Part shown: one piece after another, positions 26,499 through 39,857 of the stretch | How the letters are laid out: each line of letters opens with the position of its first letter | Numbering within the stretch: position 1 is the first letter of the stretch | DNA from: Kudoa neothunni | Taxonomy: Eukaryota > Animalia > Cnidaria | DNA length: 64,000 nucleotides | Assembly (NCBI GenBank): GCA_964304625.1 | Contig: OZ199840.1 | Span: 5,321,200 to 5,385,199 of the forward strand | Direction of reading: 5' to 3' | Translations under genes and position numbers: made by a program | The notes under the pieces: generated by a model | The model's input: the letters and a program-made list of their open reading frames with translations, nothing else | Databases searched by the model: none | Told to the model about the DNA's origin: nothing

Positions 26499-27599
26499 TA
26501 GTAATGGATCTTTTACAATACTGTGCATGGTAAATTTTATTTAAATTGAAAGCATGTACAATAATTCATAACTAATGTTATGATTAATAAAATTATCAAT
26601 ACATTTATAACCTCGATTTTATTTTGTATTTTATTAAAAAATATTGCATAGATAGGTAGTCTTAATGAATTAATTCTTTTCAAAATAATAAAATATCACC
26701 CCATAAGGTGGTTAACACAAATATTTTCTATTGTGGTAATCTCATTGTTAGTGATAAATAAGAAATTTAATGTAATATTATCCTTTTTCCCACCAAATAA
26801 TATTTTATTTAAATTAAAATAATAATATTAAAATTATCTATAAATAGATATAAAATCCTCGTGCTCTTTGGAAAATTTTTTGTATTGTCTCATATTTAAA
26901 TAATATTACATGATTAGGTATAATATTGACAGTAAATTTTATAGTCTTTCAAACAACTGTTACCAAATTATAAATAGTATTTACATATATTATAAGTTTT
27001 GACAATTTACTATAAATATTAACATCTAAAATACTCAAAAGGTTTATCATTACAATATTAGGAAAAAATACATTAGATTAATGCTCAACATATAAATACC
27101 CTATCTGTTTTTTTAGTTTAGATCCTTTTAGGTGATTTTGAGACTGAAAATATTGAAATAAGTAATATATATTTATATGTCTAAAGGTAACTAATCATTT
27201 ATATTCTGACTCACGTAATATAAAATAATTTGTTTAAATACCATATTTTTTAAAGAATTAAAAATTATAAACTTCATCTTGTTAAAATATTACTGCAAAT
27301 ACATTATTTTATTACAAATTTTTAAGAAATATTAAAGATTCGGACGAATTAATAACATTTTTTAAACCTTAATGCCGAAATCACCTCACAACTTTTACAA
27401 TTCATATTATTTGAATCAATTCATTTTTATTCTCATTTAAATTGATCAACAAATAAAGCTCGCATTTACTAAAGAGTTCATATCTTTATTTAATTATCTC
27501 TTTCGTCATTCGATTGTACCTAAAACTATTTAGAACGGTTAACTTTACTTATGAATTTTAATTAACATATTATTTAAAAAAATATTTACGTTTGATTGA

Positions 27600-27900
27600 A
27601 TAAAATTAAATAATAGAATGATTGAAAAAAATGTGATATAATAAAATACTTTCGCAGCGTTCCATAAACAGGTACCAAATCTTCTACAATAAAGCAATTT
27701 AACGTATCCGTCCCAAGCGCCCTAAATGGTGTACTAAAACAAGAAATCAATATTTTTGAAACGCAGTAATATTCTGGTTATACGGAAACGAAATAGCTAG
27801 TCCTAATAATTTTAGATAATTAAGTCTTCAATGTTATTTATTAAGGTAACGATGAGTTTAGAAACTGTGAACAAAAAAGTAATTTTTTCATTCGTATAAA
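27600..27900 (-). mobile_element. Highly decayed piggyBac transposase fragment
   Basis: Minus-strand fragments GLAI..., RFKNI, GTDTL and IWYLFMERC occur in piggyBac order across frameshifts. Weak. Confidence 0.3.
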
Positions 27901-29355
27901 GACTTCTAGGTATTATTCTAACAGCTTTATTAACAAGATAAAATTAATATCACCAAGAAGAAATTACTGGTTTAGATGTGCATAAACCTACAAGAATGAA
28001 ATTTAAATTTCATAAATTAACAAATTCACCGTTCTATATTATATGATATTTAGTAATTCTTTCTGATTTAATCATATTCTAATAATTAACAAAATTTGTA
28101 AATTTTTGTATTAATATTTTGTTTTATAATTTTATCTGAATAATACTAAAGTTGAATATAGTATTTAATTAATTTATGTTGATTGGCATTTGATCTGAAT
28201 TAATTTGTTATAAAATTACTCTTATGAAAACAGTATATTATATATTAATTAAATAGTTTAATTAATACATGCGAAATAATATTAATTTAGTTGATCCATG
28301 TTAAAAAACTTAATAATTAAATAAATTATATGCGTAATCAATAATTAATTTTATCAATCAGAAAAGTTTTCTATAAAAAATTTAAAAAAAAATTTAGAGG
28401 AATATATTATCTCTAACTTTGGCTGAATCTAAGATATGATTAACAATTAAAATACGATTCATTATTATATTTGTATCATTAAAATTTAATATTTTTAAGG
28501 GTTACTAATTATTTTCTAATTTGTATAACTTAGGGGTGTATCTATTGAAAGGAAAATTACTACGAATCACTTACCTAACATTTTTGGTCACATGAATTAG
28601 AATTTGAAAAATTATTTGTATCATTTTAAGTTTTTATTTAATTCAATAATTTTTATATAGAGTTTAATAATACAAATATATTATAATACTCAACGAAACA
28701 AAAACAATTATTTCCTTCTATTATTAATTATTTATCAATATATAGTTAGGAATTTAAAAAATTCATTAATTACTTATTAATTTATTTAAAACTATTTATA
28801 TTCAACTTTGAAAACGTGTATTTTTCATTATTGTTGTTCTCTTTATGAAAATTGCAAAAGTTTTGCAATAATTATATTAACCTTAATCAATTAATATAAT
28901 TCACATTATATTAAAATAATGCACAGTATATATTGAAAGAAGTTAAAAAATTAAATTTTATTTTAAATTATAAATTGAAAATAATGATACAAATTAAGGA
29001 TGTATTAAAAAAAGAATATTTAGATTGTCTGTTACTTGTATAGTATGAAAAAGTGAAACTGTTATTTTTATCGCTAGTTTATTTAAGGTAAAACGGCTTA
29101 AAATTCATCTGATAACATCAAATAAACTGTTTAGAGAATTTCAATATTATTTTAAATAATCATATATTTAAATATAAATGCACTTGTTAATTTTTCCTGA
29201 AAAATGTTTTTATTCCTAAAACTATCGTGAACGCTGGAACATGTAATTGAAGTTTTTCAGACTCTATATATTCAATAGTTATTCGTATAACTCATTCAAC
29301 ATAGATTAATAATCGTAATCCAAGTAGTTATTCCGCAAATTCACAATATCTACAA

Positions 29356-32300
29356 ATGATATTACTTTCGGTGAAATGGAATCACGTTTCATTATTTTGC
29401 TTGTTGATTTTTAAACGTGATTTATTTTGATAAAAATTATTTTTGATGTCTATTATTAGTGTTGGATAAATATGTCTCAACGCAAGATATTGATAATAAT
29501 ATAATGAAATTACATTTTTCACAATCTATGGACAATAAATACATTGTTTCTCTTTCTGGTTATCAGATTCAAAATAGTAACAAAAAGTGTGCTCTACAAT
29601 ACTACGATAGTGGGACGTCGTCATTGGAACATATACCATCTTGCACTACTGATATACGTGAGGCTGACACTAAAGTTGATTCCGCTTCAAAGAAATGCAT
29701 TTACGATTGTAAAAAAGTGGAATTAAAATTTAGTAGGGCAGAATTGGAGAAAATTAAATACCTTAGGTGGTGTCAAGGAAAAGGCGAAAATGAAGTCATA
29801 AATTGTCCCAACAAGAGAGTTTATAAGACAAAGGGTAATTTATTTATGTGCATATTACATAAATAATGTTATTAGATATTTATCTTCAAACATTATTGGG
29901 CGTAAAAAAATCAAATAACCAATTTGACGTTTCTATTAAGAGTAAAATTGACAAAGGCTTCAAACTGAAATCTGATACCCATCAGGAATCTAATCAGGAT
30001 GGAAGTAACAACTTCTATACAGAAAAATCAATTCAACTTAAATCAAAATCTTATAAACCAAAATATATCGTTATATTCAATGATAATTTACCCGAAATAT
30101 TTCTGAATCCTAAAAAACCTGATGAGGATTGGTTTATTGCAACGGGTTCGAAAGCAACATCTGATGATAATAAGCGCTACTTCACAATAACTCTCCAAAA
30201 TCCCGAACCGTCAAAGTTGTGTTACTTTGGAATCAAAGATATAAACGACTCACATTTTTCATCTTATTGCTCTATAACGAATAAAGCTGGTCCGTGTTAT
30301 CAACCTTGTTACAAGGCGACATTATTCTATGACTCTGATTTGTATTTTGCTCAAGTGCTTGTAAAATCAGTCGGAAAATTAAGTTCAAAGGAATTCATTC
30401 AAACCGTTATATGTATTCCCTAATTTCCTTACAATTTTAATAAAATTTTGTAGTTCGTAATAGTCAACCCCCTAACGCTCCTTTAAATGAAAAAAATAAT
30501 CAAATTACGATTGATCTATCAGGTTTAAATAAAAATGAGGGAGAAGCTACAGTAAGTGACGCACAAATCAGAGAAGTAAAATTAATAAAGAAATTTATGG
30601 GAACAGAAAGTATTGGCGATGATGCAACATGTGAAAATAGTTGTACTGATTTCGGCTCAAAAATTATAACGGGACTTGAACCGTTAACTGAATACATTTT
30701 GAAAGTGAAAATAACAGGTCTAACAACAGTAGATTCTTCCGAAGTGAATCATTATCATCGTTATTTTTATTTCAAAACTAAAGGTAAAGCGATAATTAAT
30801 AATATATCTGAATGCTGAATAGGGATTGATTTTAACAGTAGTAAGAATATTACACCACAATCTGACTCTGGTGTACACACCAAATTAACTTTAACTCCGT
30901 CTAGTCTTTTTCCAACGCAATCTACTAATGTTAACGACGTAAAATGTGAACTGTTTTATTCTATTGAAGGAGATGAGACATCCAAGTTTCCGGCTACGTG
31001 TGAAAAAGATTCAAAGAAAATTTTTTGCTCAGATGTTTGTAGTAGTTCATTCACTATTATAAACCTTGACCCTAAAACCCCCTACAAAATAACTATCTGC
31101 TCCAAAAATTACACATGTGCTGAGACTGGCTCCATATCAAGTAATATTTCTTTAAATTCAATATCGTTTATTATAAACAGCCGGTGGAATTACTATTTCC
31201 TTAAATAAATCCGACGATAGCTCTACACGTAAGACTGTGGCGACAATGTCGTCTACTATTGGCGAAAGTCTGGGAGATTCCTGGCGTTATACTCTATTTG
31301 AAAAAAGAACGAAGAAAGTTATTGTGGATTGTTTGAATATCGATTGTACTCCTGGAGTGCATTCAGATACATCATCAATAAAATTAGACATTTCATGGAC
31401 TACTATTGACGCAGGAGTTTTATACGAACTAGTCATGATCAATATAGGTTATGCAAAACCGGCGAAAGTGGAAATAAAAAGTTGTTAAACAAATAAATAC
31501 CAATAAATATATTTAATTAGGATCTGCTGAAAAAGGAACGGATGAAATGATTCTTACGTATGATAAAACACCAAGTAATTATAAGGTGATATTTGGGGGA
31601 ACCTTATTACAAATAAGTAATAAAAAATGCACGATTAAAAAATCAGACGATGTATTGTCTGTATACGTCAATGTTGGTGACAATAGTTCAGAAATCAAAA
31701 TTGATTGCGATCAACTTGGAACCGAAATTAATGTTGACCTTAGTAGTAAAAATAAGTTGAATTATATTTCGGTTACATATTCGGACACGAAAGATCCACC
31801 CTCTGCTAAATCAGCTATTAACGAGTCAATTCAATTCGAAGCGAGCATTTGGAAAAAACTTCAAGGTGATTACATAGATAAGAATAAGAATGATCGATCT
31901 ATATCTTCCATAGCAAAATCAGGAGGTCCCCTATCCGAAAGTCATGACGGATTGGCAAAAACAGGACCGAGTGGAACAGTTGGTCCCCAAAAAGCGAAAG
32001 AATCTATAAAAAGCCCTGATGCGGTTGGTTCAAAATCTAAGGGAATTGTGGAAAAAAAAGAGGGTAATAATGAGAATCAAGGGATAGAAGCACAAAAAAA
32101 ATCAACGCTACCAACCTCTCAGCCGACTCCAACAAAACCACCACCGACCCCGTTCACTGTAGGGAAGGTCTTTTCGTATTACTTAGGTAAATCTATTTTT
32201 GTAAATACATATAATGTGGTTAAGATTTTTACGAAGAGTTGACTCATGTGGCAACATTGCATGATGATCAAATAAAATTAGATGTTAATAAATGTTCTCT

Positions 32301-35300
32301 AAATTGTGACAAATATAAGGATGATGAGAAGGAAAGTTCCATCTCTAGAACACAATCAGGGGTATCCTGTAACAAAGAAAGTTACTTAATCCAATTTGAT
32401 GAGTCATTTGATGATTATTACATAAGTTGTCCTAAATATTTTGACTTTCATTACTACTATGGCAATACATTTGTGAAAAACAATGCACCACTCTTAAATA
32501 GATTTTATTATGAATTGGCGATAGATGATGCAAATAGAAAACTCACCATAAAATTGGTTAACGATGAGCCTTCTAAAATGTGCACTTTCGAATGGATTGA
32601 CGCAACATCATCATCTTCTACCACATTTTTCTCAAACACTTGTGAGAATAATGCAAACTGTATTCATAGTTTGTGCAGTAACGTTACTTTTGGAGATATT
32701 TCAACGGAAGTGAAAGCAGTAAAAATACGCGTGCTCAAATTAGGAATGGAACCTGTCGTTGGTTATCAAAATAACATTTATATTTGTAATCGTTTAAGTT
32801 ATATGCACAAATACATATATATATATATATTCTAGTGAAACATGGCAATGATACATCCGCTAAATCTGATGGCGATAAAATCAAAATTAATATCGATGGT
32901 AAAAATAGGGACGAAAATGGTCAATCTGTTAACGCAGCGTCTACCGTAAAATGTGAATTAAATACCTGGAATGTGTACGCTCCATTGGTTAAGGAAACTG
33001 GCAGAAAAAAGGTTAACCCGTCTAATACTTGCGACTTTGGAGAAATTAGTATTTCACCAAATCCACCTCATTTACCAAATGATATTATGGTAACATTAAA
33101 AAACATACTAAGTTATTCACCAAGAAAATACTTTTATTATAAAACTGGTAGTATATATATTTTTAAAAAATTATTTGACTTTATTAGATCAAAAATCTGC
33201 TCTTTCTAATGAGTCAATATCGGTTAAGGAAACAACAAGTGGATTCACTCTTACTCCAGGTTCTACAGGTTTAAAAAATACATGTTCAATCTACGTAAGA
33301 GATCACGGTAAATTACATTATTATCCAGCTATATGCACAGAAAAAGAATTGTGCATAAAAAAGTGTAATTTGGAATTTACCATCATTGGTTTGTATTCTG
33401 GTGCCACCTATGATATTAAGATTGTACCTAGTGGCAGCTATAAGGTTCATATTCTCGAAAAACAGAAAACAAGTAATTAATCTGGAATTATCATTTTATA
33501 AATAATTATAATTAGCTGGTAACGCAATTCAATTTAAAATTTCACCTGATTCAACAAGTAAAAATCTCAAGATAATACCGATAGAAAGTATAGATAATGA
33601 TAGTTCTACTTACTGTTATTATCAGTTTTATGTGCATAAAGAAGGAAACAGTAATATCAATAATATTTAATTTACTAAGTTATTATCTAGCTTCACCAAC
33701 AAAGATACAACAATCTTGTGTTGAATGTGAAGCTCCAACCAATAATCAAAAAAAATGTGATGACATTCAGTTTGGTTCAAAATTGTACAATAAAAAACAC
33801 AATTACAGATTATTTATATATGTAAATGATAAATCACCACCATTTAAATTAGAAATACCAGGTATAAACACATGTATAAATGTTATAAATTATGAATAGC
33901 TTTTTCCCGACAGGGAAGATTACGTCAAAAGTTTGAACAACGATCCAATGAAGCTATTGGGAAATTCTACGTTTCATTAGCAGAATTTCCAAGTGGGGAT
34001 AAATGTGCCTTAAAACTTTCCAATTTTGAGGACTTCACTAATTTTGTGAGACCGCGCTGTACACCAGAAGTTGATAATGATTTCTGCGTAATTAACTGCA
34101 CGTCTCAAAATGTTGAAATTGGATATATAAATTCTAAAATTGATCGTTTTATGTCAGTATGTTATGGTAAAGATGAAAATGATGTGAAATCCTGCAAAAA
34201 AGTTAGAGTTTTTACAATAAAAATGGGTAATTCTAATAAATATTATTCGTCATTTTACATTTTCATAAATTTCGTTATAAATAGAAGTTACTAATACTTT
34301 TTTATTGGAAAAATAAAATTCAATATTTTTAGATTATAATCAAAGGCATACTTACTCTATCGCTCATACTGATGGTAAAGTTACTTTCTCCTATCAGACA
34401 AACTCAAAAACCGAATGGATGCTGTATGTTGACGGAGACAAAGACACATATGATGATGCGGAAAAAAAGAAATTAGATTTAACCAGTTACTCAAATAATA
34501 TCGAAACAAAGTCTGCCAGTTTCTTAGTTGACAGACACATGAGTTATTATAAAATTAACTCAACACTTATGTGGCCAGGAATTTACTATTTTACGAATAC
34601 TACCTTATTGAATAGCACTATTCCTCTAAAAACAGAGATTATTTATTCTATTCTAGCTGTTGATAATAACAAAAATGAACTGAAAATTAAATTTTCACAT
34701 GGTCCATATAATGATGAAATGTGTCAAATAAATATATTTGAAGTGGATTCAAATGGTGAAGATATAAATGATAATGTTTTGAACGCATGTAAAAATGAAG
34801 GGAAGGGTTGCCACCAACTTTGTCGAGATTCTATTATTAACTTCACAGGAGACCATCAAAATGTTGGTGTGATAGTTAAAAGAAGATTTGATTCGACTGG
34901 TTTCACACAATACTTTAGAAGTAATTAAAATCCAAAATTATAAATAAAACATTTTTAGGAAACGATATTGGTTTTAATCTCACTGACATAACGAGAAATG
35001 GTGTCAAACTTATTGGGCTTCAAAATTACAAAAATTTAAAATCAGGAAGTACTCCGAAATGCACAATTAATATTTCTAGAGCGTCTACTATATCAACTAA
35101 GAAGAGAGCTCGATGTGATACTATTGAATGTAACGACATCTGCGATGAGTCCTATTCGATTTCAGGTCTCTCAGCGGGCACCGGTTATATAATTACAGTA
35201 ACAGTTACAAACCTTGGTGTGAGGAATGATTATATTAAAAAAGTTTCCTTTAGAACAAGTAAATTTGACTTATAAACATATTATAAAATGTTTTTAGTTG

Positions 35301-36496
35301 ATGAGGAAGAGTCAAAAGATTCTAATTCTGAAAAAACTATAAGCACAGGCACTGCTACCGTTACACCATTTGAAGCAGACAATTCGCTTCCATTATGTAG
35401 AATTTATGTCAGAAAACATGGCGATTCGAATGTCAAGTTTATGGCTTCTTGTGAAGGAATGGGAGCCTGTGAAAATAAATGTGATGGTCTATTTAAAATT
35501 GTTAACCTAGAATTGGGAGTAACATATGATGTTACTGTGGAGCCATCTGATGGCAAGAAACCAAAAACATTCGTTGTTACTACTGGTAACAAATTTTTGA
35601 TTTTATTATTATTATTATTAAATGGGTAATAGTTAATGTCGACACATCGGTTACTTACACATCTTATGGTGATAGTGATATAGCAATTAATATATCGTTC
35701 GTTGGTAAAGAGAAAACTTCGAAATGTCCATTTATGTTGCATGAAAAAACAGATGATGAAAAACAAAAACCAATTGCATTTTGGTGTAATGACGATGAAG
35801 AGTGTTCATCAAATGGTTGCTTTATCGGCATCCACGGATTATCCAGGGGAAAGGATTATAGGTTGAGTGTGAAAGTAAAGGATTTATCGAATTATAAAAT
35901 TCACGAGATTCCATGTAATATTAAATAAATATTTAACTTATTATTTTTTGTTAACTAATAATGTTATGTATATTAAGACTCAAAAATATCCCAACATTCA
36001 CGGTAAAAAAATTTTTAAAATTATATTATTTTAGCAAATTATTTTAGTAAATTTCTATGGACTATTTTGAAATTAACACACTAGTAGAAGAACAAAATAT
36101 AAGAAGTGAATATACCAACATTGACGTAAGTGATATCTTCCAAAAAGCGATTGTAAAGATTGCAAAAGGGTACACTGCGTGCTTTCTAATTTTTCTAATA
36201 TATTTTTAGTAAACTTTTGATATTCAACCGAATTAAAAAAATTTGTAGATAGTGAAAGAAAGCACGAATATGAGGCCGCCAAAAACAGTCATTCGTATTT
36301 TACATAACATTTTAATTTTTTTAATTAATTTAATTTAGGTCTGTTGGAAAATACATGTAATGATAAATTTGTTTAATTTTGTGAAATAATTCTTTCTAGT
36401 TGTTACGCAATGATAGCAATCGTAGGAGCATTGCTAGTAGCGATAGGTTTGTTCCTGTTCCGAAGAAAATCCAACGACGCCGCATACGATTTGTAA
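29356..36496 (+). CDS. Large type I membrane protein, about 2,000 aa and about 22 exons; three copies of a five-domain Cys-rich/FN3-like cassette
   Basis: Signal-like exon MILLSVKWNHVSLFCLLIFK (29356-29416). Consecutive long exons are joined by phase-1 GT-AG introns of about 40 bp (e.g. 29417-29459, 29835-29875, 32187-32224). FN3-like signatures ITGLEPLTEY, IIGLYSGATY, ISGLSAGTGY, IVNLELGVTY. Last exon 36400-36496 reads CYAMIAIVGALLVAIGLFLF-RRKSNDAAYDL*. Splicing at 35.9-36.3 kb is unresolved. Confidence 0.85.
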
Positions 36497-36890
36497 GCAT
36501 AGTATAGCAACAGTTAATGATTAGAATACGAATTATATTCATTATTGATAGCATACGTATTTCATACTCCTTCTAAATATTTAAAAGTTATCTATATCAA
36601 ATAAATATAAACGAACGATTATTATTAATAGATGCATACAAATTATTAGATAGTTTCATTCTACTTCTAGTAAGTTTTTGATAAATTTATGTAAGAAACA
36701 TTTAATATTTAGGTATTAATTATGGTTGTCTTATTAAATAAATGTGTATTTAAAATAATAATTTTTTAACCTATAACATACAAACATAATTAAAAAATTA
36801 TTTTCATAAGAACATTAAAATCTATATTTATCATCAAAATTAATAAGAACCGCGATCAATTAAAGACAGCCATTATTACAACTTACAAAT

Positions 36891-37109
36891 GATCCGTTTA
36901 ATCCCTGTGTGAGTACTGGCTAATGCAACAGTTGAGAATATCTACTAAAATAAAGCGTAAATAAAACTTTTAATCCAGAAGTTTTATAGTTTAATAGGTA
37001 ATCTATATTGAAATCCATTTTAAAATTTAAAAATTTGATATACGCGCTATTTTAGTAGATGCTCTTAACTTTTGCAATAGCCAACCCGCACCTGGAGATT
37101 ACAAGGATC
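36891..37109. repeat. Imperfect foldback with arms of about 80 bp, probable MITE
   Basis: tggctaatgcaacagttgagaatatctactaaaataaagcgt pairs with acgcgctattttagtagatgctcttaacttttgcaatagcca, and pairing extends to gatcc/ggatc. Confidence 0.7.
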
Positions 37110-37561
37110 CACTGCGAAAACTATCGCCCAGAATTTTATCGCTAACAGAAAAAAGGTTAAATAATTTTATTAATATTTCTAAATTCCATAAAAATTATAA
37201 AAAGAACAATTGCGATTATTGATGTATGATAAAATATACAATTATTGACTCAATATTTTATTAGAAAATAATGAATATAATAATAAGATAGATAAATTAA
37301 TTAATTACTTGAAATGTATCAAATTATAATAAAATATAAACGAAAACTATATTTATCTATGAATTCTAATAACAATATATATATATATATATATATATAT
37401 TGTTAAATGTACGATAAGATAATTAATAATTTTGATTATTTGATACATTAACAATCAATAAGTGACAATATAGAGCATTCTCAATAAGAAAGATAAAAAT
37501 TAGGAAATAATAATATTGCATTATTGTTTCGATATTTCATTTATATAATATAAACAGAAGA

Positions 37562-38463
37562 ATGAGAAACGGATTGGTTCTTGTAGCTTTACTCTGTATG
37601 TCATTGTTCATCAATGTGGCATGACTTTATATAGATTTATCGGAATTAAGTAGAAATGCTATATGTATTACGGTAGTTATTTTGATTTAATTTCGCTTAT
37701 TTCCTTTACTAAATAAATAAGGTCACCTTGTCCCCCGCTTGCACAGTCAGAATTGCATAATTCGTATCACTATTTGGAATCTAACATGGGTTTGGATTAC
37801 AAGATAGTAACCTCTTGCTTTTAGGTAGTCTTTTAGTTTTAATTTAGATGAATATTTTTAAATATCTTATGTCAAACAAACATAGTACATTAAAAGTGTT
37901 CCCATTTCATGACTACATCTGCGGGTATCTTGCCTTTTGCATAAATAACGAAGGTATCATCACAAATAAACATACTATAATTAATATTTATAAGTACGAC
38001 AACTTCATGCGGATAAAACCTGCTTATCATGCTTAGTAAATTTTTTCATATTAAATATATATATGTATAAAATTATTTACTGATAAATTAGGTGTTGTAT
38101 TACATTGATTTAACGCATGAATATGTGTATACTCCTGAAATGATAACGCTAATCGTAATTATTAAAATCCATAATAATTCGTTTTCGTAATTTTTAAATA
38201 ATTATTAGGTTTCAAATAGTGACTTCAAAAACGCTAAAAATATTTGCAATAAGAAGCGTTTTTTGCAGACCTATGTCACAGATTTCGGAATTTTCAAGTG
38301 GTGCTAATAACCATTGATGTAAGAAGGAAGGATATTTTTTATTAACAATTAATTTTATAGTTGATATACACGAAATGACTGAATATATTATATAATTTTA
38401 GATATGCAATATGTTTTTGGCAACAATAGAAAATTAGAAACATACTCAGTTGGTCAAATATAA
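37562..38463 (+). pseudogene. Cys-rich secreted family paralog 5 (frameshifted as assembled)
   Basis: MRNGLVLVALLYLSELSRNAICIT/VTLSP[+1 in C5]LAQSELHNSYHYLESNMGLDYKI/...LKVFPFHDYICGYLAFCINNE/VRQLHADKTCLSCL/.../NICNKKRF[+1 in T6]CRP. Closest to paralog 4. Confidence 0.75.
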
Positions 38464-38870
38464 TTGAATTTAATGAATATTCCACTATTTTAAACATAAT
38501 TTTCAAAATAAGAATTATATACTTTGTTTCTTTTTATGCCTATCAACTCGTTATTTGAGAAATATTTATTTATATTAATGAGGAATGATTTGTTTGCTCT
38601 AATAAAGTACTAAAATTGAATCTATATCTTATAATAAATATTATACGATTAATTTAATTTAACCGAAGAAAACTCTGTTGGATGACAATTAAAAGATGCT
38701 ATCTAACAATCGGAAGTTTGAATTCAAAATCATTTGTTTATATCATAAATTCTAACATAAAAAAATATGACACAATCGGAATTATTAATACTTTTAGTTC
38801 AATTATGCTTCAATTTATTTAAAAAAAAGAGATGACTTAAAATAATTTTCTGTTATCGAGAATAAATTGC

Positions 38871-39370
38871 TTTTTTTTGTTTAAAAGATAAAACCCCTGG
38901 CGCAACTTATTAGGTTGTGAAATTCTGGTTGGTCAGACCTCTTCCATTAACGCTTTAGGCAACGCGTGACGTAACATGAAACCCCGTCGCTTATCTTTAT
39001 GCGGTAGTGTGGGATTTTAACCCATTAGACATCCTGGTTTTGAAACAACTAACACCCACCATACTTTGGAATAATCCAGAATAATCTGGGAATGTCGACT
39101 GAACGTGGGTGTCGACTCTGCGGAAACCCCCTACTGGGTTTATATTTCGTTCCTGTACTCCGGCGATTATGAGCTCCTGAGCTCTACCCTTCCTTTAGAC
39201 CCCCTCCCAGCTGCAAGAAAGATCACGAAATAAATCATAGACTCTATTGATTATTACAGTCTTCCTATTTAATTTTGGATTAATAGTTCAGGAAAGTCCG
39301 GACTAGGCTTCAAACTTGCAACCTTATGGTATGTGATGTCGACCTAACACCATTATGTCATATTGTCCAG
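38871..39370 (-). mobile_element. tRNA-derived SINE, family A
   Basis: Collinear with 5462-5953; poly-T at the left end. Confidence 0.85.
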
Positions 39371-39857
39371 GCTATTTCAATCAACCGATACAGGAAAAAC
39401 AATTGCTATACGTAAATGTATAATTTTCTAACAAGGTTATCTTATTAATACAATCTTTTATGTTTTAATCTATCAGTTTTTTCATTTTAAACAAATTCCA
39501 AGAAATTTATTATATTTATCAAATTAAATTCATAGGAACTTTTGAAATTATTAGATTAGATAATAGTATCATAGTGTGAATTGATGTAAACTAAAAATTA
39601 TCTTATGCGATTTTTATTATTTGATATTAGATTATACACAAAATGTAATTTTTCACAATAACTAATCTATTATTACATTTATTATTTTATAGATAATGTA
39701 TTAATAAGACTAAACGAAGAGGGAATAATTTGATAAAATATCGACTTATTTATTATCTTTCTGTATAGTATTGGACAAACACCCTTATTAAATCTCTGAG
39801 TGATTCAGTAAGGATAGGCATTAATTGATTTCAGATTTATCGGAATTTCGAAGGAAT

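Noticed and set aside
29459-35928. Reading the run of + strand ORFs as an operon or separate genes
   Set aside because: They join in frame through short phase-1 GT-AG introns into one protein.
30500-36282. Minus-strand ORFs 30500-30697, 35404-35766 and 36073-36282
   Set aside because: Antisense shadows of the large gene's exons.
37375-37400. (TA)n microsatellites here and near 1965, 16668, 25711 and 56578; CRISPR-like arrays
   Set aside because: Ordinary simple repeats; no regularly spaced repeat-spacer array was seen in the window.
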